A stretch of DNA of 15,416 nt from a virus (lineage: Duplodnaviria; Heunggongvirae; Uroviricota; Caudoviricetes), in IMG/VR virus record IMGVR_UViG_2778261167_000001, one strand, 5' to 3'. Positions 1-6,936 of this stretch are shown here, piece after piece (position 1 is the stretch's first letter; each line of letters opens with the position of its first letter). The position numbers and the translations under genes were made by a program. The notes beneath the pieces were generated by a model that was not told the origin of the DNA, searched no databases, and saw only the letters and a program-made list of their open reading frames with translations.

Positions 1-347
1 ACCGCATCCAGAAAACGGGCGTAAACCTTACGCCGGACCACCGTTCCGCCGACCAGACTCTGCAGATCTTCCGCCATACCGGTGACCATACCGTGCAGGT
101 TAGAAACCGTCAGTGTCGGACGGGCAGCACTGCCCTTGCCGTTCAGTTCAAATCCTGTCCCCTGAATGGGGTATGCCTGATACTGCCGCCCCTGCCAAGT
201 GACCGGCTCACCTTTTTCGTTCTGCTCATTACAGAAAAAATAACGTTCACCACCGACCTCTGTCAGATCGATTTCCCAGAGCACCACCTGGGCTGACTGA
301 GTGAGGCGTGTCGTCTCATGATGTGTTTCCTGTGGAATATCCTGCAT
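1..347 (-). CDS. L: Minor tail protein L, N-terminal part only (gene runs off the window start)
   Basis: Minus-strand translation from ATG at 347 reads MQDIPQETHHETTRLTQSAQVVLWEIDLTEVGGERYFFCNEQNEKGEPVTWQGRQYQ..., closely matching lambda gpL as I recall it. AGGAGG RBS overlaps the stop of the upstream M gene. Below the ORF-track size cut only because it is truncated. Confidence 0.85.
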   Translation of the reverse strand, partial: MQDIPQETHHETTRLTQSAQVVLWEIDLTEVGGERYFFCNEQNEKGEPVTWQGRQYQAYPIQGTGFELNGKGSAARPTLTVSNLHGMVTGMAEDLQSLVGGTVVRRKVYARFLDA

Positions 348-356
348 CAGAGCCTC

Positions 357-686
357 CTATGCCACGACCTGTTCAAAATCTGCCGTTATGGTTACCCACA
401 GCGCCCCCACGCTTGCCGACCATTTACGACAAACCACCCTGATCGGCTTCCAGTCATAAGGTGGCGTCCACTGAAATGCGCGGACGCCACCGTGCCGTTC
501 CAGAAAGGCTTTTAAAGATGGGTGTTCACATTTACGAACACGTATCGTCACGCTGTAAGTCGACAACTGGTTATTCAGTCCCGCCGCACGACGCTGTTCA
601 TAACCATCGCCCAGCTTCACTGTCACCACTTTCGGCTCTGATACCACATTCATATCCGGGCGCACTTTCCAGTGAAACGTCTCCAT
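357..686 (-). CDS. M: Minor tail protein M
   Basis: 109 aa, same length as lambda gpM. METFHWKVRPDMNVV...GDGY.QR...TYSVT...FLE.HGG...WTPPY.W....V.C.KWS...FEQVV pattern matches lambda M. ATG overlaps the TAA stop of H (TAATG). Confidence 0.85.
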   Translation of the reverse strand: METFHWKVRPDMNVVSEPKVVTVKLGDGYEQRRAAGLNNQLSTYSVTIRVRKCEHPSLKAFLERHGGVRAFQWTPPYDWKPIRVVCRKWSASVGALWVTITADFEQVVA

Positions 687-3600
687 TACCGATATGCTCC
701 ACTTAACCGACCACCATCACGGGCCTGCTGTTGCATAAAGTCCGCTGCCGCTTTTTTCCCGAGATCATAAACCACCTTCAGGGCAGCCGGACCTATCTGC
801 CCGTTCGTGCCATCGTTATTGATCTCGATGTTGTACTGCGGGGCAAACATCGCCATACCTGAACCACCAATATCCGCCACAACCCCCAGCTTACCGTCAG
901 CACCACGACGCAGTGGCAGAATGGCTTCAGGTCCAGCTTCCCCCATCACACCCGCGCCTTTTGCAAAAGCAAAAAACGTCGGACGGTTAACCACCGTGCC
1001 ACTGTAACGACTCAAATCAGCAGACTGATAAACACCACCATCTGCATTGGGCGTCACACTGGCAGTTGCTGCACTCCCCCAGCCAAACGCCGAACCAATC
1101 CCCTTAACTGCCTGCATCATGGCCATCTGGGCCATGATTTTTGCCAGATCAGAAAGGAGCGAGGCGGTAAAAGATTTGAAGTTCAGTTTTCCGGTGGTAC
1201 AGAACGTCGCCAGTGCATTACCTGCGCTGTTAAATGCCGCTGTAAACATCTGCTCAGCCGTACCTGCCGCGTTATCCGCACTCTCTGTGAAATTCTGAAA
1301 CGCCCGCATGGCACCGTTTTTCCAGTCTGCCTGCATCAGTTCCTGTTCCTGCCAGTAGCGTCTGTTTTCGTTCAGTTGCCGGTTAAGGCTGTCTGTCAGC
1401 ATCTGCTCAGCATTCCGGTATTCATCTGTGCCGTATGTTCCTTTCTGTTTACTGTCACGCTCCAGTTGCTCCATCTGCTGCTGATATTTTTGCTGCAGGC
1501 TGAACTGTGTCTGGTACCGCTGACGCTGTTTATCCCCCATTCCTGTTGTGGCGATATCCAGGTCATGTTGCTGACGCAGAGCCCGCTCCTCTTCCGCCAG
1601 CTGGCTGGCAAGCTGAATGGATTTTTTCTTCAGGTCATTCAACGCCGTCTGCTTCTGCAGCTCCTGCTGTTTTACATCCAGCAGCGTCAGTGCCTGAATC
1701 AGTTCATCTTTACGGGCCAGCACACTCTTTTCATCTGCCGTCAGTTTTTTCCCGTCCAGGTCGCTGATGCGCTGCTGCAGAGCCAGAAGCTGTTTATGCG
1801 CTTCTGTCATCCTGTCAGTGGCAATGCCTGCTGACTGTCTGGCAGCTGCAATCTGTCCTTCCACCTGTGCCTGTTGCTGACTGTACTGCAGCAATAACCG
1901 GGTGGCCTCATCATTACGGGTTTCGCGTGTTTTTTTCTTACCGGATGCCAGGGCTTTCTCGTAACGTTCATTTTCACGTTGTATCGCCGCATCCCTGACA
2001 GCCTGATCGGCGTACTGCATGGCATTAATACGCGCAATTTCACGCTGATGTCGTGCTGCTTCCGTTTCATTCATCCGGTTCAGTGCAGCATTTTCAGCAT
2101 TACGGCGTTTCTGTTGCTCCTGATAATTCCGCTCTGCCTGCTCTTTTGCATCCTGCAAATCCTTCTGGCGTTTTTTCTCCTGAAGCTCGTTAAGACGCTG
2201 CTGATCGTATTCAACCTGAGAAGATGATGCCGTCCAGGGGAGTCTTTTCGCCCGCGATACTTTCTCCTGCAAAGTGGCAATCTGCGCATCCAGCGAATCT
2301 TCACGACCAATATTCATGGCCGCATCCCAGAACTGCTTCCACCAGTCAGACAAGGTTTGCAGCGTACTACCCAGCGCATTGAGGTTATTATCAATATCCG
2401 CAGTACGCCGACCGGTTTCCTCTGCCAGTGCAGACATGGCTATCCGTGCCGCATCACTGGAGCGCCCCTGCTCTCCAAGGACGCGTATCTGCTCAAGCTG
2501 AGTGGCAGTAAGAAAATGCAGCTCATTGTCCAGAGCCTTCGCGGCATTTACAGGATCATCCTTCAGCCGCTTAAACTGATTTATGGTATCGCTGATCGAC
2601 TGGCCAACCGATCGCTCCATCTGTGCGGCAGCTCTCGCCACCATACCGATATCGTTTCCACGAAATGCACCACTCCCCACCACCTGAGCCAGCGCACCGG
2701 CTGCAGCATGTTGCGTGATACCATTCCCGGAAATAGCACGACTGAGCGTCCACAGCTGCCCGGCAGTGACTCCGGCATAATGCCCCGTCAGCGACAACTG
2801 GCGGTTAAATTCTTCCCCCTCCTTCTGACCGTCATACCAGGCTTTACCCAGACCATAGACGGCCGCGGTAATACCGCCAATAACCCCGCCCAGCATCATG
2901 CCTTTCGGTGACATCAGTGTGTCTATCCATCCGGCACGGTTAGCCAGCGTTATCCCGGATCCCCTCAGCGCCCCTAAATTGCCGCGGGCCAGTTCACCTA
3001 TCAGAACGCCTATCTCCTGGCGGGCCGCTGCACTTTTCAGACCCAGCGAATGCGTGGCTTTTCCTGCCCGCTCCATTTTGCGGATATACACTTCTGCAGC
3101 ACTGCTTACCCCCAGCTGGGCAGCCCTGGCACGAAGCAACTCAGAAGAAGAAAGATTCTGGCGGGTTGCCTGCTCTTTAAGCTGACGGATAAACGCCACT
3201 TTCTGTCGGGTAGCCTCTGCCTCAGCCTGCGTAAGAACACGGGTTTTCGCCGTAACCTCAGAAATCAGCGCCAGATAATCCTGCTGACCAATCCCGCCAC
3301 TGTTTCTGGCCTGTCGGATCTGCTGCTGAATACGCTGTAATTCCTGCAGACCCGCACTGACCTGTTTCACACTGTCAATCTGACGATAAAACGCAGCAGC
3401 CGCTTTATCCTGAGCCTCCGCCAGAGCCATGGCCTGCGCCTGTTCCTCGCGCATTTTCTGGCTCAGTGCCTCCATGCGCTGGCGGGTTTTCTCCACCTCG
3501 CGGGCCATGCGTTCATGAGCCTGTGCGTTCTTCTCCACCGTCTGCGCATGGACGGATGCGGCTGTTGCAGCCGAAGAAGCCGCCTGCGTTGTCTGCCGGG

Positions 3601-3760
3601 CGGCCTGAGTCTGACGCTCCATAAAACGCTGCATACGGGCAGAAGACCGTTCTGCATCGCTGGCTGCACCATTCAGAAGGTTTTTGATACGGGGAATTTC
3701 ATTTTTAAACTCTGCCGCATCAATCCCCAAATCAATGACCAGGTTGGCTATCTGGTCCAT
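686..3760 (-). CDS. H: Tail tape measure protein (gpH-like), about 1024 aa from the ATG at 3760
   Basis: Longest ORF in the window. C-terminus ...NNDGTNGQIGPAALKVVYD...RDGG matches the lambda gpH C-terminus. Long charged coiled-coil centre and a Gly-rich hydrophobic segment. Start placed at ATG 3760 (GGAGGTG RBS) rather than the TTG at 3790. Confidence 0.9.
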   Translation of the reverse strand: MDQIANLVIDLGIDAAEFKNEIPRIKNLLNGAASDAERSSARMQRFMERQTQAARQTTQAASSAATAASVHAQTVEKNAQAHERMAREVEKTRQRMEALSQKMREEQAQAMALAEAQDKAAAAFYRQIDSVKQVSAGLQELQRIQQQIRQARNSGGIGQQDYLALISEVTAKTRVLTQAEAEATRQKVAFIRQLKEQATRQNLSSSELLRARAAQLGVSSAAEVYIRKMERAGKATHSLGLKSAAARQEIGVLIGELARGNLGALRGSGITLANRAGWIDTLMSPKGMMLGGVIGGITAAVYGLGKAWYDGQKEGEEFNRQLSLTGHYAGVTAGQLWTLSRAISGNGITQHAAAGALAQVVGSGAFRGNDIGMVARAAAQMERSVGQSISDTINQFKRLKDDPVNAAKALDNELHFLTATQLEQIRVLGEQGRSSDAARIAMSALAEETGRRTADIDNNLNALGSTLQTLSDWWKQFWDAAMNIGREDSLDAQIATLQEKVSRAKRLPWTASSSQVEYDQQRLNELQEKKRQKDLQDAKEQAERNYQEQQKRRNAENAALNRMNETEAARHQREIARINAMQYADQAVRDAAIQRENERYEKALASGKKKTRETRNDEATRLLLQYSQQQAQVEGQIAAARQSAGIATDRMTEAHKQLLALQQRISDLDGKKLTADEKSVLARKDELIQALTLLDVKQQELQKQTALNDLKKKSIQLASQLAEEERALRQQHDLDIATTGMGDKQRQRYQTQFSLQQKYQQQMEQLERDSKQKGTYGTDEYRNAEQMLTDSLNRQLNENRRYWQEQELMQADWKNGAMRAFQNFTESADNAAGTAEQMFTAAFNSAGNALATFCTTGKLNFKSFTASLLSDLAKIMAQMAMMQAVKGIGSAFGWGSAATASVTPNADGGVYQSADLSRYSGTVVNRPTFFAFAKGAGVMGEAGPEAILPLRRGADGKLGVVADIGGSGMAMFAPQYNIEINNDGTNGQIGPAALKVVYDLGKKAAADFMQQQARDGGRLSGAYR

Positions 3761-4061
3761 AACGCACACCTCCGGAAATACCTTCCCCAAGATGCATCAG
3801 TTCTTCGTCCGTTCGCTCCGGTATCCCGTTCTCTTCCGGTAAAAGGCTGAAATCAGCCACCGCAGCATCACTGCTGCCGGACACCATTCTCACGATCAAT
3901 GCCTTCAGCGAGGCAAACTGCGCATCCATCCACACATCACTGAAGCTCTGCATCCGGAAATAATCGCCCCACTCACCAAGCTCAGTGGCCGACATTTCCG
4001 ACAGCATCCGCCGCCAGTCTGCCCGCCGGAACTCCCGGGCAAGCCGCATGACAAACTGCAT
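3732..4061 (-). CDS. T: Tail assembly protein T segment, expected to be made as a G-T fusion by -1 frameshift
   Basis: MRLAREFRRADWRRML...GEGISGGVRYGPD resembles lambda gpT. The -1 frame at the end of G runs directly into this ORF. Sits between G and H as in lambda. Confidence 0.7.
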   Translation of the reverse strand: MQFVMRLAREFRRADWRRMLSEMSATELGEWGDYFRMQSFSDVWMDAQFASLKALIVRMVSGSSDAAVADFSLLPEENGIPERTDEELMHLGEGISGGVRYGPDSQPGH

Positions 4062-4069
4062 TTCCCGCG

Positions 4070-4459
4070 TCAGGACTTTTCCGGCGTCAGCACCTCATGC
4101 TCCAAATCCCCGGCATTCTCAATGGCTCCCATACCGCTCAGCGACAGAACCATCTCCGCCCCCGCTCCCAGGGCATCATACGACCATGTTGTAATAACGG
4201 ATGCGCAAAGAGTCTCAACATCCTGAGACTGTTCCGCATTCCACAGTGAGCGGGAAACCAGCCAGGCATTGATATCCATCCCCATCCGCAGAAAAGCAAT
4301 CTGTCGTTCAGCCTCCGGCAGTTCTCCCTCTTCGGCATCAAACTTTGCCGTTCGCTGCTGAACAAACGCCAGATATTCAATTCTCTGCAGCCCGGACAGC
4401 TCACTGAGCACCACGGACTGCTTTTCATAATTAAACATGCCCTGTTTCAGAAACATCAT
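4070..4459 (-). CDS. G: Tail assembly chaperone G
   Basis: MMFLKQG...VLSELSGLQRIEYLAF... resembles lambda gpG (MFLK...TLSELSALQRIEHLA...). Start taken at ATG 4459/4456 with GGTGGAG RBS rather than the longer ORF-track start. Position between V and T. Confidence 0.8.
   Translation of the reverse strand: MMFLKQGMFNYEKQSVVLSELSGLQRIEYLAFVQQRTAKFDAEEGELPEAERQIAFLRMGMDINAWLVSRSLWNAEQSQDVETLCASVITTWSYDALGAGAEMVLSLSGMGAIENAGDLEHEVLTPEKS
4076..4084 (-). other. Candidate -1 programmed ribosomal frameshift site for G-T fusion (minus-strand CCG GAA AAG, 8 nt before the G stop)
   Basis: G 0-frame ends ...CCG GAA AAG TCC TGA. The -1 frame reads GGA AAA GTC CTG ACG CGG GAA ATG CAG... in frame with T. A-AAG is a known Lys-tRNA slip site; lambda uses G GGA AAG at the same place. 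Confidence 0.5.
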
Positions 4460-4472
4460 GTTCTCCACCTGC

Positions 4473-4496
4473 AAAAAAGCCCCGGATAACCGGGGC
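4473..4496 (-). terminator. Intrinsic terminator or attenuator between V and G
   Basis: Minus strand GCCCCGG-TTAT-CCGGGGC stem-loop followed by TTTTTTG, 20-40 nt after the V stop. Classic position for attenuating expression after the abundant major tail protein. Confidence 0.6.
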
Positions 4497-4516
4497 AAAT
4501 GATGAGTATCGTCCTG

Positions 4517-5260
4517 TTAACCTGCGGCGCTGACAGTCACCGCAGCCACAGCCACAAAATTCCCGTCAGCGGTCATGCCCACAATGCTGACACTGCCCTG
4601 CTTCACGCCTTTCACCGTGGCTACAAGCCCGTTCAGGGTCACCGTGGCAGTCTGTGGATCTGACGAATGCACACTGATCGCTTTATCACTGGCTCCGTCA
4701 GGTTTTACTGTAAAGGTCAGCGTGGTGGTTGCTCCCACTTTTACACTGGCAGATGCCGGTGATACTGTCAGCCCGGTAACGCTCACGGTTTCAGTGCCTT
4801 CCTCTGCCAGATATGGACGCCCCACACCGCTGATTTTCACAGTGCGGGTCATCACGTCTTTTGAGGCAATGGTTTTACCCAGTGAGCTCAGCCAGCCACG
4901 GAAAACATCAACAGTGCCGTTGGGATATTTGATACGAAACGCGCAGACTTCACCGGAGTCGAACAACTGAACCAGTTTTTTCTGCCCGCTGTCACCCGGA
5001 CGCCAGGCCAGCGTCGCCGAAGTATCACCAACGGATTTCTGCCCCTGGGTTGTCGTTTTCCAGTCTGCATCTTCATCATCGAGATAAGTGTCATCTTCTG
5101 CATCAGCGGTCATTTCGCCAGGTTGCAGATCCTTCACCATCGCAAGACGCAGCCAGTCAGTGTCCGACAAAGGGTTCGCAAACGCATCGCCGTTGCCGGT
5201 ATACATCCAGAACGTCGTCCCCGCACCTTTCGTCTTTGCCAGTGGATTTGGTGTGGTCAT
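4517..5260 (-). CDS. V: Major tail protein V with C-terminal Ig-like (Big_2-type) domain
   Basis: From ATG 5260 (AAGGAGGTG RBS): MTTPNPLAKTKGAGTTFWMYTGNGDAFANPLSD...YLDDEDADW...NGTVDVFRGW... closely matches lambda gpV. C-terminal ~90 aa is Thr/Val/Ser-rich beta-strand sequence typical of the gpV Ig-like domain. Confidence 0.9.
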   Translation of the reverse strand: MTTPNPLAKTKGAGTTFWMYTGNGDAFANPLSDTDWLRLAMVKDLQPGEMTADAEDDTYLDDEDADWKTTTQGQKSVGDTSATLAWRPGDSGQKKLVQLFDSGEVCAFRIKYPNGTVDVFRGWLSSLGKTIASKDVMTRTVKISGVGRPYLAEEGTETVSVTGLTVSPASASVKVGATTTLTFTVKPDGASDKAISVHSSDPQTATVTLNGLVATVKGVKQGSVSIVGMTADGNFVAVAAVTVSAAG

Positions 5261-5270
5261 TACCACCTCC

Positions 5271-5672
5271 TTAATTCGTGTACGTGATCTGGTACGTGAT
5301 TTCTGCCATCGCCCAGGTGGCCATCTCATTATCACGTTGATAGTTAAAACCGAGTGGGTTCAGAGTGTCGATGAGTCCGGAAAGGGCTGGCATATCACTC
5401 AGGGCCGGAAAAATGGTGCTCTCCATCCACGTATCCAGCTCTGAATCCGGTGCCTGTGCCCGGATGAAGACGGCAATATGCAGAACAGCCTGCCAGTCAT
5501 CTTCATCCATCATTTTTCCGGTGTACTGTGCATCACTCAGCCACACCGCCACGGCAGGCAGTTCCTGCGCATCAATAAATGCCGGAAGCCCGTCAAAAAA
5601 CGTGGCGCTGTCTCCACACTGTTCCCGAAGGCGTGCCAGTACGACCTGGCGAATTTGTGTATGTCGGTTCAT
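5271..5672 (-). CDS. U: Tail terminator protein U
   Basis: MNRHTQIRQVVLARL...ATFFDG.PA..D....PAVAV.L....YTG...D.D.WQA.LHI.VF..AQ.PDSELD.WMES.I.P..SD.PALS.LI matches lambda gpU. ATG 5672 overlaps the Z stop (ATGA). Confidence 0.85.
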   Translation of the reverse strand: MNRHTQIRQVVLARLREQCGDSATFFDGLPAFIDAQELPAVAVWLSDAQYTGKMMDEDDWQAVLHIAVFIRAQAPDSELDTWMESTIFPALSDMPALSGLIDTLNPLGFNYQRDNEMATWAMAEITYQITYTN

Positions 5673-6247
5673 CGGGTCAGCCATAACCTCAGTTGTTGTT
5701 TCAGTGCATACCCCAGTTGCTTCGGCATTTCCGCAGTAATGATGCGGTCGCGGGCATCTTCAAATGCCTGTGTCAGCGGTCCGGACAGCGGGATTTTCAC
5801 CACATCAATGGGGTAACGATTTTTGCCATCAATACGCCGCATCACATGCCAGCGACCATTCGCCAGCTGCTGAATAAACGCATCCCGGAAAAGATATTTA
5901 CCCACCTTCAGCACACTGCCACGGTACTGCAGTTTTCCACCACGCCGGGTCAGTCTGACCTGGGCCGTCCCCAGCTTAATGGCGGGCAGGTTGCCCCGGT
6001 TAACGCGGATCCTGGCCGTCATTTTTCCTGACGGACTGGCTTTAAACACCCGGACACGCTGACGTACCAGTTTCAGGGGTATCCCTTTCACCTGGTTATC
6101 TCCCGCAACGGTATTCCCGGCAACCTGCCGGGTGGCAACCGAGACCGCTTTCTGCGCCACACGATTTATCGCCCATGCGCTGGCCTGTGGCACCATACGG
6201 GTATCAAGGCTGTTCAGATTGCGGATGGCATTCTCAAGCCCCTTCAT
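5669..6247 (-). CDS. Z: Tail completion protein Z-like
   Basis: 192 aa, same length and position as lambda gpZ. GAGG RBS 6 nt upstream of ATG 6247. Assignment rests on synteny plus remembered similarity. Confidence 0.7.
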   Translation of the reverse strand: MKGLENAIRNLNSLDTRMVPQASAWAINRVAQKAVSVATRQVAGNTVAGDNQVKGIPLKLVRQRVRVFKASPSGKMTARIRVNRGNLPAIKLGTAQVRLTRRGGKLQYRGSVLKVGKYLFRDAFIQQLANGRWHVMRRIDGKNRYPIDVVKIPLSGPLTQAFEDARDRIITAEMPKQLGYALKQQLRLWLTR

Positions 6248-6258
6248 CCCACACCTCT

Positions 6259-6534
6259 TTACTCAATAAAGATCATTGGCTTACCGTTAAAGCGTTCATG
6301 CCGTGTGACCGTCCATTGTTGTCCGTCATAAACAACGCGATCCCCGCGCCGTGGGCGGTATCCCGAAGAAAACACCACCAGAGAGACCGCAGGTCCGGAC
6401 AGAGCATTCAGCTCTGCCAGTGTTTCTCCCGGGATCACTGTCATATCGACATCATTAATCGAGGCTGTCTTTCCCATCTTTCTGACCGTGATCGCATCCA
6501 TACGCGCTGCCAGCCGGGAAAAGGGATCAGACAT
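6259..6534 (-). CDS. Head-tail joining protein (FII-position)
   Basis: 91-aa ORF immediately upstream of Z, the position of lambda FII. Assignment is positional; no strong motif recognised. Confidence 0.5.
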   Translation of the reverse strand: MSDPFSRLAARMDAITVRKMGKTASINDVDMTVIPGETLAELNALSGPAVSLVVFSSGYRPRRGDRVVYDGQQWTVTRHERFNGKPMIFIE

Positions 6535-6850
6535 TGAGTTTTACCGGCACTTCTTCTGCACTGGTTCCGGCATCTGCCCAGACAACCCCGACCAGCGGAT
6601 CAGAGCCGCTGTTAGTCAGCTGAACTTTTCCGGACTTCAGATAAACCTTCTTACCCGTTTTCATGTCATCCGTTTTCAGCTTCGGCAACATAAATACGCC
6701 TTCAGCGATACCATCTCCCGTTTCGCCTTTCGCAATATCGGTCAGTGCCACCGCAAAAACATCTCCCACCTGCACCAGTTCTCCGCTACTGATATTTGCA
6801 CCAGCAACAATCGCCACCGTTTTTCCTTCTTCTACAAAATTCTTTGCCAT
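6527..6850 (-). CDS. Small head protein directly downstream of the capsid gene (possible decoration/cement or head-completion protein, DUF2190-like)
   Basis: 107 aa from ATG 6850 (GGAGA RBS). Gly/Val/Ala-rich beta-type composition. The ORF-track start at 6895 would run into the terminator hairpin, so the ATG is preferred. Confidence 0.45.
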   Translation of the reverse strand: MAKNFVEEGKTVAIVAGANISSGELVQVGDVFAVALTDIAKGETGDGIAEGVFMLPKLKTDDMKTGKKVYLKSGKVQLTNSGSDPLVGVVWADAGTSAEEVPVKLNV

Positions 6851-6892
6851 AACTGTCTCCACACAGCCCCTGAGCGGGGCTGATTTCAGGTA

Positions 6893-6912
6893 CAAAAAAA
6901 GCCCTTACGGGC
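6893..6912 (-). terminator. Intrinsic terminator or attenuator after the capsid gene
   Basis: Minus strand GCCC-GTAA-GGGC (GNRA loop) followed by TTTTTTT, about 25 nt after the capsid stop at 6937. Short stem, so probably partial termination. Confidence 0.5.
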
Positions 6913-6936
6913 CATCTGAGTTGTTGTCTGCGACGG

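Noticed and set aside
2357-2911. 184-aa plus-strand ORF inside the tape-measure gene (also 1376..1834, 2898..3185, 3515..3850 on plus)
   Set aside because: Antisense to a long, well-supported minus-strand gene. Composition is Arg/Cys/His/Ser-rich as expected for antisense frames of GC-balanced coding DNA; no convincing RBS.
3790-3790. ORF-track start codons at 3790 (H), 6895 (small head protein), 13915 (acidic ORF) and 14592 (60-aa ORF)
   Set aside because: These are TTG codons with poor or no RBS. In each case a downstream in-frame ATG with a Shine-Dalgarno sequence was preferred.
4138-4428. 96-aa minus-strand ORF in an alternative frame inside gene G
   Set aside because: Fully nested in the G gene, whose frame gives a lambda gpG-like protein; the alternative frame has no start context.
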